A stretch of DNA of 64,000 nucleotides, taken from assembly GCF_006345805.1 (NCBI RefSeq), contig NC_043003.1, positions 54,746,001 to 54,810,000 on the forward strand, read 5' to 3'. The position numbers and the translations under genes are program-made. Positions within the stretch are counted from its first letter, which is position 1, and every line of letters begins with the position of its first letter. The notes beneath the pieces were generated by a model. The model had not been told where the DNA came from. It ran no database searches and saw only the letters and a list, made by a program, of their open reading frames with translations. Of the stretch, positions 41,760-56,339 are shown in pieces. The DNA is from Octopus sinensis (taxonomy: Eukaryota).

Positions 41760-41944
41760 ATATATGTAGTATTCATATATATATATATACATACATACGC
41801 AGAGAGACAGAAACACATACACACATATAGACTACTGTTCCGTTATTGGTAGGAATAACCAAAATATACTCCATTTATTGCGAGATAAATATCATTTAAT
41901 ATACACACCACTTAATAACAGTGGCAAATATCTCTTTGTTGTTT

Positions 41945-42358
41945 TATTCATTAGAGTGCAGTCATGCTGGGACAAGGAATTGATCGACAAATGAATCAAT
42001 CTCAGTATAACCTTTTAAGCCTGATCCTTTTTTTTTGCCACAACGGTAAATTCTAAGGACCGAAACCCACCGACCCCATTCATCAAGCGGTTGAAGGGAA
42101 CAGACAGACATAAAGACACAGGCATACACATACACACGCGCACACAGAAACAAATACACATACAGACACGCACACAAACATACACACATTCACGTACACA
42201 ACAGGGATTTTTTTTTCGATTTTTGTCTACGAAATCCACTTACAAGGCTTTGATCTGAGAGTAACGCTGCAAGACACAGACCGCAGGTGTCATGCAGTTA
42301 TACTGAATCTGGAACCATGTGGTTAGGGAGGAAAGCTCTTACAGCCATGTCAGTGCCT
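41945..42358 (-). mobile_element. SINE family A, old degenerate copy
   Basis: catgctggg...gtctacgaaatccacttacaaggctttg...ggaaccatgtggttaggg. Confidence 0.75.
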
Positions 42359-42432
42359 ATATATATATATGTGTGTGTGTATGTGGTATTTTGAGTTTTG
42401 TGTGTATGTACGAATATATATATAGATATATA

Positions 42433-42473
<41 letters not shown>

Positions 42474-42557
42474 TATATATATATATATATATATATATAA
42501 ATTATATATAGATATATTATATATATTTTATAAGGAATCTCTTCATATATATATATA

Positions 42558-42944
42558 GCTGTGTGGTAAGTATCTTGCTTACTAACCACATGGTTCCGGT
42601 TCTTCCCACTGCGTAGCACCTTGGGCAAGTGTCTTATTCAATAGCCTCGGGCTGACCAAAGCCTTCTGAGTGGATTTGGTAGCCGGAAACTTTAAGAAGC
42701 CCGTCGTATATATGTATATATATGTGTATGTGTGTGTATATGTTTGTGTGTCTGTGTTTGTCCCCACCCAACGTCACTTGACAACCGATGATGCTGTGTT
42801 TACGTCCCTGTAGTTTAGTGCTTCGGGATAAGAGACCGATAGAATAAGTACCAGGCTTCCAAATAATAAGTCCTGGGGTCGATTTGCTCGACTAAAGACG
42901 GTGCTCTAGCATGGCCGCGGTCAGATGACTGAAAGAAGTAGAAG
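42558..42944 (+). mobile_element. SINE family A, near full length
   Basis: gctgtgtggtaagtatcttgctt...caccttgggcaagtgtctt...ggggtcgatttgctcgactaaa...atgactgaaa. Confidence 0.9.
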
Positions 42945-42977
42945 ATATATATAAATATATTATTATTATTATTATTA

Positions 42978-43012
<35 letters not shown>

Positions 43013-43246
43013 TATTATTGCAGACAGTGTTGGTAAGTGCTCAAGTATTAAACCTCAGACATTAGGTATATTTTTTTTTTCAAATTAAAGATGTGAAATT
43101 AGATAGGTTCGATAATTCGAAAACCTTACAATATAAACCGAGCCAAAAGGATTACTATACTATATCAAATGCATCTCTCTAAAGTTCCCTATCTAAATAG
43201 TGCATTAAATACATTATAATACCCCTTATGGCTCGGATATATATAT

Positions 43247-43289
<43 letters not shown>

Positions 43290-44048
43290 ATGTGTGTGTG
43301 TATGTGTGTGTGTGTGTGCGTATGTGTATTTATTTATATTTTACTTTTATATTTATTATATATATTTATATATACAAATATATATTTATATTTTACTTTT
43401 TAGACATGTCGTTAATGACGACGAAAATGATAACCAAAATGACTGACAAATCTAAGTGAGATTAATTGACTCGTGAAATAAGTAACCAATTGATAAAATT
43501 CAACAATAGGTAATATCATTACGCTGCATCCTTTCAGTGTTTTTACGTAATAATTCCTGAGGGACAATTATGATATCCTGCTTTCTCCATAAAAGCATAT
43601 TTTTCGAAGCATACCAAGCATATACTGTTTACTAATATTCTTGAACAATAATGCGCATGAACAATAATGGGAAGCTCATTTGATTGCCTTCGCATGTATA
43701 CTAATTTCTCATTCGGTTTGTAATGATCTGATACTGTTATGGTCGAATCTCAAGCTTGTAGCCCGAAAAAAACTGCAATTTTGTATGTAAGGTAATATTA
43801 TGTATTATGTCCTGCAACGCTGCAAATCAGTCTGCCCTATTAATGACTGTTACAAAATCTCGATAAAATCAGGTCATTATAAACCACACTTCAGCCACAT
43901 ACTCACACATACACACTCATATTTGCATACGCACACCACACACACACACACACACTCTCAGACATGCGATAACACAAAACATATTCATGTGTGTGTGTAT
44001 GTGTATAAACACACCCCAACATGCTTGCATACATAAATACATACATAT

Positions 44049-44082
<34 letters not shown>

Positions 44083-44089
<7 letters not shown>

Positions 44090-44460
44090 TAATCCAAACG
44101 GGAAACAAAAAAACAACAACAATGGAACAATTACAGTATTATTATTAATAGGCGCCAGGAAAAGAAGCAGGGAGGTATGAACTTTCGAGCGGAGCTCTTC
44201 GTCGGAAACATAAAGAAGGAAGAGAGAGGAAAGAAAGATCCCAGAGCGGGAAACAGGGAAAGAGAAAAAAGACGACTGTGTTTTACGAGTTGCACATGGT
44301 GAAAGGCGGATGTTTACGAAAACAGAGCAAAGTGGGTTTTTAAAATGGCAAAAGAGTGGAGACAAGGTTGGTTAACGCAACAGATGTGTGTGTATGTGTG
44401 AGTGTGTTGCGTGTGCGTGTGTGTATGTGTGGTGTTGTGAGGCGAGATGAAAAAACAAAA
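44083..44460 (-). mobile_element. PLE terminal-repeat family 2 ending at (TA)n; HHR-like motif at 44175-44209
   Basis: Minus strand GTTT-CCGACGA-A-GAGC-TCC-GCTC-GAAA; shares the terminus gtttggattaa with 57075-57345. Confidence 0.75.
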
Positions 44461-44939
44461 AAATATATATGTGTGTGTTAGTGTGTTCGTCTGTGTGTAG
44501 GCGGTTGAGTATGGCGAGATAGTTGTCAGCTTAGCAGACAAAGGTCAGTAGTAAGAAAGAAGGAAGGAGGAGGGAGGGAGGGAAGGGTGGGGGCGTATGT
44601 AGCGTGCCAGCGTGTGTTGAGTAGTAGTGGTGTGTGTTGTCCAGTGTCGTGGTGGTATAAATGGCGAGTAGATTGAATGTGTGTAAGAGTAATGTATATA
44701 TTTAAGCAATATGTGTATATGTGTGCGCTGTGTGTAACGAAAAAGGGGGGGGGGGGGTTAAGGAAAAAGGACTCCAGCTGAGGGGAAGATGGAAGAGTGG
44801 TCCCGCGGAGGCGGGGGTGGGAAAATCCAACGACACGCGACGGTCCCAGGAACGGGCGGGAGGTCTTGTCGGTTCCAAGAGCGAGGTGCCTGCGGAGCGT
44901 ATGCGTACGCGAACCGGCGCAAGCGCGTGCGTGCGCGAG

Positions 44940-45292
44940 CCTGCGAGTATGTGCGTAAGTATGTATGTGTGTGGATGTGTGAGTGTGTATGTTTGTGTGA
45001 GTGTGTATGTGTGTATGTCTGTGTGTATGTATGTGCGTATAGGAGTATGTGGGTATGTGTGTGTGTATGTATATGGGTGTATGTATGTATGTGGTGTGTG
45101 TGCATGTGGTATAGTATATGTGTGTGTGCGTATGTGTGTATATGTGTATGTGTGTGTGTTTATGTATGTGGTTATGTATGTGTGTAGGCGTGTGTGTGTA
45201 GATGTATTTATGATGGGTGGGTGTGTCCGTGTTTGGTTGTGTGTGTGTGTGTGTAGGTAGATGTGTGTGGTCTGAGTGAGGGTATGGGCTTG

Positions 45293-45330
<38 letters not shown>

Positions 45331-47440
45331 TGTGTAAGTGTGTGTGTGTGTGTGTATGTGTACGTGTGCGTGTGTATGTGTGTGTGTGTATGCGTGTGTG
45401 TGAGTGTATTGTGTATTCTGTGTGTGTGTATGTCTGAAGTAGGTATGTGTGTGTATGTATGTGTGTGTGTGTGTGCAGGTATGTGTGTGTATGTGTGTGT
45501 GTGAGTAGGTGTGCGTGTATTTGTGGGGGTAGGGATGCATGCGAGTGTGTGGTATGTATGCATACATACGCACGCGCACATCCGAAGCAAGCCCACACAC
45601 ACGAAGCGCGCCCACGCACACAACGCACAAGCAGTACAACGCAAGCCCAGGGGCCGACCAATTGCGTATATGTGTGTGTGTGGTGCGTACATGTGTGTGT
45701 GTGTGTATGCATGCGTGTGTATGTAGGTGTGTAGGCGTGTGTGTATATGTGTATGTATGTAAGTATGTATGGGTGTGTCCGTGTATGTGTGTGTATGTAT
45801 GTGTGTGTATGTAGGTGTGTGGGCGGTGGTATATGTTGGTGTATGTAGGTATATGTGTGTGTATGTAGGTGTGTGGCGTGTGTATATAGGTTATGTGTGT
45901 AAGTCTGGGTGTGTCCGTGCATGTTTGTGTGTGTGTGTGTATGCCATTGTATGTAGGTGTGTGTGTACGTGTGTAATGTATGTGTGTATGCGTGTGGTAT
46001 GCGTGCGTGTGTGTATGTGGTGCGTGGTATGTGTGGTGGGAGTGTGTAGTGTGTTGTGCGTGTGCGTGTTTATGTTGGTGTGTGCGTATGTGAGTGTGAG
46101 TGTAGGGGTGTTTGTCCATGCATGTGTGTGCGCGTGCAGGTGAGTGTGTGTGTAAGTATGTGTGTGTGTATTTTGTGTGAATTGTGTATTGTGTATGTCT
46201 CTGTGTGTATGTATTGCGTATAGGAGTATGTGGGTATGTGTGTGTGTATGTCTATGGGTGTATGTATGTATGTGTGTGTGTGCATGTGTATAAGTATATG
46301 TGTGTGTGCGTATTGTGTATATGTGTATGTGTGTGTGTTTATGTATGTGTGTATGTATGTGTGTAGGCGTGTGTGTGTAGATGTATGTATGTATGGGTTT
46401 GTGTCCGTGTGTGTTTGTTTGTTGTGTGTAGGTAGATGTGTGTGTCTGAGTGAGGGTATGGCTGTGTAGGTGTGTGTGTGTAGGAATGTAAGTGTGTGTG
46501 TATACAAGTGTAATGTATGTATGTAGGTGGTGTGTGGGTGTGTATGTGTAGTGTGCGTGTGTATGTGTGTGTGTATGTTTGATGTGTGTATGGGTGTATG
46601 TCGTGGTGTATGTGTGAGTGTGTATGTAGTGTATGTATGTATGTGTGTGTGTGGTGCAGGTATGTGTGTGTATGTGTGTGTGAGTAGGTGGCGTGTATGT
46701 AGTGGGGTAGGGATGCATGCGAGTGTGTGGGTATGTATGCATACATACGCACGCGCACATCCGAAGCAAGCCCACACACACAAGAAGCCGCCGCCACGCA
46801 CACAACGCCGCAAGCAGTACAACGCAACCCAAGGGGCCGACCAAGCCTCCAGCGCGCGCCAAGGCGCGCGAGCGCAAAGGCCCTCGAACGCCCCGCTACG
46901 CGGGAACCGAGGATCCATCAGCCAAGACCGGAAAGCAGAAAAGAGGGGGGGCTGCCTGGATGCAAAAAGGTGTATGTGTGTGTGCATTCAGTGTAAGGGT
47001 GTGCATGTGTAGGTATGTATGTATGTAATGTGCCTACATGTATGTTTGCATGTGTGTGTGTGAAGTATGTACGTGCGGTGTGTGTGTGTGAGTGTGTGTA
47101 GTATGTGCGTATGTATGTGTGTGTGTATGTGTGTATGTATGTCTGTGTGTGTGTGTTTGTGTAAGTATGTATGTGTGTGTGCGTATGTATGTATGTGTGT
47201 GTGTATGTGCATGTTGGTTTGTATGTTAGTGTGTGTTAGTATGTCCTGTAAGTGTGTGTGATTAAATGTGTGAATGTATGTACGTAGATGGGTCTACGTA
47301 TGTGTGTGTGTGAACAGGCGTGTGGGAGGTAGGTGGGTGGGTGGGTGGGAGGTAGGTGGGTGGGTGGGTGTGGGAGGTAGGTGGGTGGGTGTGTGCGTGT
47401 GGGAGGTAGGTGGGTGGTGTGTGTGGGTGGTGTGTCCACA
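44940..47440. repeat. (TG/TATG)-rich satellite-like tract with a ~1.18-kb internal duplication
   Basis: Anchors gcgtataggagtatgtggg (45035/46216) and ccgaagcaagcccacac (45582/46761) recur about 1180 bp apart. Confidence 0.85.
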
Positions 47441-47468
47441 AAAAAAAAAAAAAAAAAAAAAACGGATC

Positions 47469-48387
47469 TCAAGAGGAGGGGGCTGTGTTAAGTCCGTGTG
47501 GGGTGGTAGTTTTGTAGGTGAAAATGTAGCGTTGCTCCAAGTGGAGCCTGGAAGTAGGCGACCATGGTGGGGGGCGAGACCAAACACTGAGATGTCATCT
47601 AGGGAATGGCCGGCCGAGCGGAAGTGGCGTGCGACGGGAGAATAAGAGTGTAGGCGAACGTCCCTCAAGTGTTCATGAAACGGTCGGACAACCGGCGTCC
47701 CGTCTGTCCTACTATACAGCATCCCGCATAGGTTGCATTTAATGCAGTAAATAAGGCCAGACGAGGTGCACGTAAAAGAGTGCCTAATGCGTACAGTTGT
47801 GCAGGTTGGAGCCGGTGACAGCAGTGGTGTTGGTGATGAAGGGGCAAGTGTTTGCAACGGGATCTAGAGCAAGGAATGATCCGTGTGGGGCTGAGGGGGA
47901 AGGAGAGAGGGTGCTGTGGACCAGGATTCACGCAGATTGCGGGCTCGTTTGAAAGAGGACAGGGGTAGGTTATGGAAAATGGGGCGGGTGGTGGGATCAA
48001 GCTGGAGGCGACGGAAGGCACGTAGTATCTTGCGACGAAGGGTAGGGTAGAGGGGTGGAAAAGGAGGGGGAAGGGGGTGCGGTTGGGGGGTGGGCGGGGG
48101 GAAGGAGACAGGGCGGTAGTGCGGTCGATGCGACGGGCGCGGGTGAGGGCATCAGAGAGGAGTATGGGTGGGTAACCTCGGAGTCTGAACATGCGGGCCA
48201 GGTATTGAGATTGGGTCTCGAAATCCTGGTCGCGGCTGCACAAACGTCGGAGGCGGAGGAACTGGGAGTAGGGGATGGCTCGTTTGGTGTGGAAGGGGTG
48301 GGAGGGAGAGAAGTTGAGATAGAGGTGGGAATCCGTAGGTTTAAAAAAGGCGGTGGTGGTGAGAGAGCTGGAGGGGTGATCGATGCG

Positions 48388-48390
<3 letters not shown>
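47469..48390 (-). pseudogene. Neptune-type Penelope-like element ORF, 5'-truncated (RT thumb, Cys linker, GIY-YIG endonuclease)
   Basis: FFKPTDSHLYLNFSPSHPFHTKRAIPYSQFLRLRRLCS...FRLRGYP; PCSRSRCK; FTCTSSGLIYCIKCNLCGMLY / GQTGRRLSDRF / HEH..VARHF; LEQRYIF..TTPHGLN..stop at 47469. A few frameshifts; starts abruptly at (TA)n. Confidence 0.93.
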
Positions 48391-48423
<33 letters not shown>

Positions 48424-48426
<3 letters not shown>

Positions 48427-48930
48427 GAGAATTCACAAGAAAACAAAAGACGAAGACAGGTGGTGTAGACAACTAACAGATGTATTAGTATGACGCCCGG
48501 GAAGGGAAAAAGTCTTTAACGTTTCGAGCCTACGCTCTTCTACAGAAAGGAACACAGAAAGAATCAAGGAGAGAAAATAAAGAATGTGTAGTGGCTAGCG
48601 ATCTATCATGGTGAAGGCCGGACAGAAGTGTCACACAGGAGAGCTAGGATGAAGGGGAGATAACAAAGTGGTGGTGGTCTCAAATGAAGGTGCGTGTACG
48701 TGTGTATAAGAGAGTTTGTATGTGCGCGTGGAAGAGGGCTGGTGATCTTGACGTGTGTGTGTGTATGTGTAGGTGTGAAAATGTTGGTCTAGGAAGTGGT
48801 TATGACAAAATGTGTGCGTGGTAGTGTGTTGTGATGTGATGTGTGGTATGGTGTTGTAAGGTGTAGTGGTGTGTGATGTGAAGTGTTGGGAGGTAGGGGA
48901 GGCGGGAATGGGGAAAGCAATGCATACATG
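48424..48930 (-). mobile_element. PLE terminal-repeat family 1, longest copy; HHR-like motif at 48514-48549
   Basis: Minus strand CTTT-CTGTAGA-A-GAGC-GTAG-GCTC-GAAAC-GTT-AAAG; CA-rich upstream part; ends at (TA)n. Confidence 0.8.
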
Positions 48931-49142
48931 CGCAGCGCATAGTAGGTGAAACTGTATTAAGCCCCAAACTGAACATCAATTACTTCTGAGGGTGCTACCA
49001 TTCTACTCCGTAGGTGCTTGGCATAGCTGAATTTGCTATATGTGATACAATACAAATGACATTTACAAACTAAGAATAATTAGGAATATTACAGCAAAGA
49101 TTTTCTCAGCAGGAGATACGAAATAAGGTCTCGAAAACACAA

Positions 49143-49175
<33 letters not shown>

Positions 49176-50457
49176 AGTGTGCAAGCTACTTGGTAGGTAT
49201 AAACATAGTATCTATTGTATAAGACGAATGAGAAATGCGAATCTGTAATATAAATGACTTCTTAGGTACATTAATGAGACAAGTGACATCAAGTTGCTTT
49301 AGACGGAATTGAAACTTTACCGAAGAAAGAAAAGTCGTAAAAGACATGCATCAGCAATACGCAAAGATGTATTCAAATATGATTACATAATGCTTTCAGT
49401 GATTAATCCCGTAAAGATTGCCATGCTAGGATTTCAAACAGCGGTTATCTGCTGCTTATTATATGATGGCAAAAATTCCCAGTCGTTTGAGTTCATTAAG
49501 ATATATTGTCTTTGGTAAAATGTTATTACCTACTCGAGGAACTCACCCTTACATTTATTCTAAGAAATCGCTAACTAGTAATTTACGTGTGCAATGATTT
49601 TAGAGTCTGTTACCCTGTATGTTGACCTTTTACCAGATAATGCAGCAGAGTATGGTTGCTTGAGGAGGCAAAATGCAAAGCATACAAATCAGAAGGCATC
49701 TGGGACGTCTTTGCTAATTGGATATGTCGAATGGGCCAGGATTGAGTTGTGTCCTACTGTATTATATATGTCGATATAGCTTTATCTTTCACTTTATTTC
49801 CATCTGTGTGTAATAAGCGTTGCAGTGTGATGCAGAATGCTGCAAGATAAACAGCAATTAAATAAAGGTAGTTTTAGTGTTGGAGAACAGAACAAATGAA
49901 GGTTAGAGCAAGACGAGAGAGAATGAGTGAAAGACAGATGGATAGAGAATAAGTTTTAGATAGTTCATGAAATGTGAAAGACAGTTAGTGCATGAAGAAA
50001 AGAAAGAATGAGCAAAAGAGAAATATATGGGAGAGATGAGGAGTGGGGACGTGTGAGAATTTGTCTGATAGTAGGACGAACACAAAGAAAGAAGGGAAAA
50101 CAGTCAGAAGTGTTTTTCAATAATTACCATATTTTCAACCATTGTTCCTTGGTAAATGGAATCTACAAACTCCGTAAGTGTATGTGTGCGTGTAACAGAG
50201 AAATTTTCTCTTTTAGATAATAGGATGTGATTATTCAGTACACATATCATGCATAGTTATATACATATTTTCTCATGATTAAACGCTGAAGCACATATGC
50301 ATACACACATACATACATACATACATACATACATACAACATACATACATACATACACACACACATACACACACACACACATATATATATATATATGTGTG
50401 TGTAAATAGATAGATAAAGATATAGATATGTAATATATAGATCTATACATATATATA

Positions 50458-50532
<75 letters not shown>

Positions 50533-51360
50533 AATCTATGTGATATATATATATGTATATATATAAAGTTTATTTGAATATAATGAACATGCACTGAATA
50601 TGGAACTCAGTAATGTGTATAAAGACAATATTTATATTGAATACTGACTGCTTTAAAATTCGCTGGTACTGGATTCTTAACAAAACCTCTTTATGTATTA
50701 GGAAAATTCGATAGCATATATATATTTAGGAGGTGTATCTATTTACTCACCGTACATATATGTATGTTTAAATCTATCTATAACTATATATATATATATA
50801 TATGTATGTATATATATGGAGAGAGAGAGGGAGAGGGAGAGAGATAGATAATGAGAGAATTGTTATGTATTTCAACGAGGAAAATATCAAATACCAATAG
50901 TTTCCAGACCTAACCAACAATGCATTGTAATATTCAGAGTGGTGTTATCGTTTACGTCTACTGATACACCAAAATTAATATATGCTCAGCGTTATGATTA
51001 ACCACTTCGAAGCTCATATGCACACGATGAGGCGGATCAGATACACTTCAAACCATGTCTGTCGTCAATGTATTAATATGGACACTGGAACTTACGGAAT
51101 ATCAAATCAGTTTCGTTCATATGTGGTACTTCCTAAACTCTTTCACGCGTTATTGCACAGCGCCATATTTTCTTTGTAACCTCCCGAAGAAGGAATTACG
51201 CTTGAAATGTCAATGTGACTTCTAGTTTCTTAACCCACATTACGCTTTGATTTCAGCTAGTCTTTCGCATGGTCATTCACATGCTTAATTTTAAACCTGT
51301 ATGCATACATACATACATATATACATACATACATATATATGTATACATATATATATATGT

Positions 51361-51440
<80 letters not shown>

Positions 51441-54251
51441 CACACACATATGTATATAGTTTGTATGTTGTATGTATGAATGTATGTATCTATCTATCTC
51501 TATATATATTAACGTGCATACATACATCAGAAAAATGGAAATGGAAAACAGCCGATGTATAGCATTCCATTTGTCCCCAGTCGTCAGCAGTCACATAGTC
51601 CTAAACTGATGAAGAAAAAATGCCAGTTGCAAACACATATGAAAATGGATGTTTTCTATATAACACACGTTGACCCAAGAAAGTTGTCGAATTTTATATC
51701 CTATTCCAGCAATAAATTCTCCACTATCCACTATCCATTCGATACAAAAAGAAATCAGGGAAATTACTAGGAATAGCAGGAAAATATCCTTACAATGTGT
51801 TCGGGCTGAATTTGACGCCCTTTTATGTCTTCCTTGGGTTACGAACAGCTTGATGTACAGGTGAACAGTCAACACGTTAAATTTATAGTTTGAGAAAAAC
51901 TTAAGTGACATCTGAATATTGGAGAAGTTATATCCACCATCAGGATTCGCGCTGGTTATCAAAATGCCGACAGCATGACTTACGCAATGAATGTTGTAAC
52001 CACTGTGAAGGTTGTAAGATGTGACATGGACAGCTGAAACGGAGACTATAAAGCCGTGGTTAGTGAGAGGGAGGCACAAAAAGTGTTCTGATTACGTCCT
52101 CACGCAGAGCTCGTCCTTAATCTAGTTGATATTTTTGATTTCAAAAAAAAAAAAAACAACTTTCATTTGTGGATGGAATATTGTTTGTCATCTTTCCGTT
52201 TTATGTAAACTGTCAAATTTAGCCCGAATACCCTATTAATCATACACTACTGTTTTCATGAGGTAAATTAGAATCGTTACTAAATTCGCTATACAGAATT
52301 TCATAAAGAAACATGTTTTTCCATCGCTAGATTCCTAGATGAAAACTTACCAAGACGCAGGTATAGTTTTAAAGGATATAGTCTCCCTCAAGATGCCTTC
52401 TAAATACAATATTTTCCAGTGAAGTTTTTAGTGCATATTTTACGCCCTTTTGAATGTAGGACTGACCATTAAATCACCCAGTAAAATATAAAAAAAATAG
52501 ATGTTTTTGGAAAAATATCACTTTGATCTAAGAATCGTCTAAATCCAATCTACAAATACTACTCAATAGTAGTTGGTAAATAATTTAACGACTTACAATA
52601 TATTAATTTAGTGTTACGATTTATCATATAATTGAAATACTTTAATATTGAATAATAAATATTTTGGTAAGTGGAATTGATTTGTAAATGAATTAATTGA
52701 ATGCTAAAATATATTTATTAGGGTAGATTAAAAATAATGATGGTGCGGTGCAGATTGTAATAGTTATTTTGCTGATTGTGGTGGCGATAACTATAATGTT
52801 GCAACTGCTACTGTTGTTCCTGATGATGATGCGAAATGTGGATGACGATAATGGCAGTGAGGATGATGATGGCTATAAAGAAGATGATGACAATGACAAT
52901 GATGAGGATGATGATGATGGTTGTGTTGGTGGTGGGAATACCTGATGATGATACTGATGATTACCACGATAATGATGAAGATGATCCTATTGGTGTAACT
53001 ACTACGATAAATACGACCATAGTGCTGATGATGATGAGAACGATTATGCCAACGAGAATGTATAAAAATACACACACAGGCACGTACATAGATCTCATAT
53101 ACACTCAGATATATATATAGTGACTAATTTCCTCTTCTTTATTCACATGAGTAACACACACCGTATTCTAGAAATACATGACGTCATTCATAGCCCACAT
53201 CAGTTTATTTTTCGCATATATATATTGTCTTTAAGAGTAATTTCGAAGGCAGTTATCACAGCAAAAGTTTTCAGATTTTTCAGTGTACATGAACATTTTA
53301 AATATAACTTTCAATAATGATTGGTTAATGTATTTTAATTAATTCATGTAATTAATTGATTAATTAGTTGAGTACATAAAGAAGTAAATAATTAAGTTTA
53401 TCTTGACAAAGCTTTGTACACTCCAGCAGATTTATTTTATTGTATTTTAAATATAAAAATGGCAATGCATAAGGTGATCGCAACGACGGAATCGTTGTAT
53501 TTAGCTAATGCATAGTAACGATGCAGAAACACGTGTTCTAAAGCCAAATGATACTCTACATTGCCTTATCCCGTAGGTGTCCTTAAGAACTTTCTGTAAG
53601 TAAAATTTCTCTTCCGAAACAGTTACCATAGCGAGCGTCGTGTACACTATATATTTTATATACAATGCTATATATATATTTATGTTTAACATAAATATAT
53701 ATAGCATTGTTTTAACTTTTGATGTTTAGTGTGAGCCCTGGGTTGATCGTTTCTTTTGATATATTTTGTTATTTATTTCTTATGAACAGCAGACACATCA
53801 GCAGTTTTTACTTTATTTTATCTGCCGTCACATGAAGAATCAGTCTAGAATAATATGATAAACAAAAATGATGTTTTTCTAATCTACTACCACTTTGCTT
53901 GCACGATCTAGCGATTCCGTTAACTGAGAGTAATATACGATGAATTCGTGCGTATTGGTGAAAACAGTAATTCTAAATTTTCAGACTCTAGATTTCTTTA
54001 GAAAACTGAAATGATATTCTTAAGCTATCGCTTCTGTCTTTTCAAAGAGAATAAGAATTCTCAAGGCACAAGCGCTTTACTTTCTCTGGTGCAGTTTGAA
54101 TCTACCAAAATAATGTAAGAATACGTTTTCCTTACTTTTTCTGCAAAATATGAAGTAATTTTTGTAATTTCTTGATAATTAGTTATGTCTCATCAAGCAA
54201 AATTTTAAATATAATAATTCGAATTAGGGACATGCTATTACCACACACACA

Positions 54252-54286
<35 letters not shown>

Positions 54287-54309
54287 CACACACACACACA
54301 CACGTATAT

Positions 54310-54342
<33 letters not shown>

Positions 54343-54946
54343 GTACTACACCATAACATAGACTGGATTTCCATTTTCTTCGTTAATCGAAGGTATAGCA
54401 GAGGCAATAGTTTTACCAACTCCGTATGTCAGGGCTGTTTTCAGTTGCAAGTGGCTAGCCTGTGGTACATATATCATCTCTCCACTTATGCACACAACCC
54501 AAAGGAAATACAAATAGATATTTTCGTTGCGTCGCGTCGATAAATAACAATAATTAGGGTTACACTAAATAATATATAAATATAATTTAAAGACGGTTGG
54601 CAGTTATTTTTTAGTCAACGAATTTATAGATCAATAAAAGAATTTGTAGATGACCGAAAAAGTTGCTATAATAAGCAGTTGATCCTGCTCAAATTATATG
54701 CTTTCTTCTCTTAACGAAAAATGTTCGTTAATCATATATCAAAATGTAATAGTATACTACGTTTCAAGGCAAAATACTCCGGGTGGAAAGTCATTAATCA
54801 CGAAACTACTCGACGTGGAATCACCTGGGGATAACGGTAACAACATGTAATTTTTATATTACATTAAAATTATATCATGTAATTTTATAGTCTATTTATA
54901 CTTATGTTAATAAGCACTTATATCTATGTTGATATATGTTCATACG

Positions 54947-54979
<33 letters not shown>

Positions 54980-55237
54980 GGTATATATTTGTGTGTGTAT
55001 GTGAGTGTGTATGGGTGCATGCGTGTGCCTGTGTATATATATATATTATACATAAATACATACATACATACATATATATGTATGTGTGTGTGTGTAAATA
55101 GTATTTATGTATTTATGTATGATTGGGTTCATCAATTCTCAGTGGAACGATGGTAAAGACGATATGCCGATCAAGGTGATGATGATGATGATGATGATGA
55201 TTGTAAAATACGTGTTCGACTCTGAATAGGAATATAT

Positions 55238-55276
<39 letters not shown>

Positions 55277-55626
55277 TGAGTGAGTATGTATATGTGTATG
55301 TGTAGTATGTCAAACCCATTCATATTTATAGTTCTTAAATATAGCCATAATGACATATGTATCCATATACGGTGTAACGAATGTTAATAGTAGAAATATA
55401 TAAATTATTGATATCCTGTCGATATTTTGGTGAAGATTGATAGTACTGACTGGAACAATTATATTCTGTATTTGTCTTGCGTGACCACGACCCATAGTAA
55501 CAAATTGTTTTCAGCACTGCAAGGTACCGAAATATAAGTTAATCATACAGTTGAATAGTTCCTCGTAGTAGCCAAGCATGTTAAAATATAAATACGTATG
55601 TATGCGTTTGTGTGTGTGCGTGTTGG

Positions 55627-55657
<31 letters not shown>

Positions 55658-56339
55658 TGTATGTATGTATGTATGTATGTATGTATGTATATGTGTGTAT
55701 GTGGGTGTATATATATATATATATATATACGGACACTCGCGCCTTGGTGGTCGGGGCATTCGGGTGATGATCTTAAGAACGTGATTTCGATTCACGTTGG
55801 CGCATTGTGCGTCTCAGCAAGACATTAACTTGTAAACGTTCTTGCTATTCCTCTATGCACTCTTTCAATTTCTTCTATGAGAATGAATGGGTTCCGAGTC
55901 CTAAGCTGTGAAGCGTAATGTAGTCTACGCCAAACTAATGCTTTTCCATAAATTCAGTATAACTATGTTTTCAGGATCCATTCAATGAGATATCTGTATT
56001 TAGAGATCAAGTTTGTAATGTGTTCAATGAAAGATACATTGTATGACATGATTATTCTGAAGTCACGTATTTTATTTCAGTTTTATATTGAGTTCTCTAG
56101 TGTAAAATTATTTTTATTTTGCATGACTATTCTGTAATGAGGGACCCGAAATTTTATATTATGTTTATTCCCTCATTGATAGGTGAGATTTAACACATTC
56201 TTGTGTGAGACAGTGTCTTCGACAATATGGACGTTTTTGCTTCTCGGCGTAAATGGGGAGACACAATAGTGCCTTATTACGTAACACACTCACTGGTTCG
56301 ATTTCCACTCATTTACTTACACAGGTGTAAGTACAAGAG

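Noticed and set aside
44526-46987. Long ORFs of 300-400 aa
   Set aside because: CA/TG low-complexity sequence lacks stop codons; there is no domain content.
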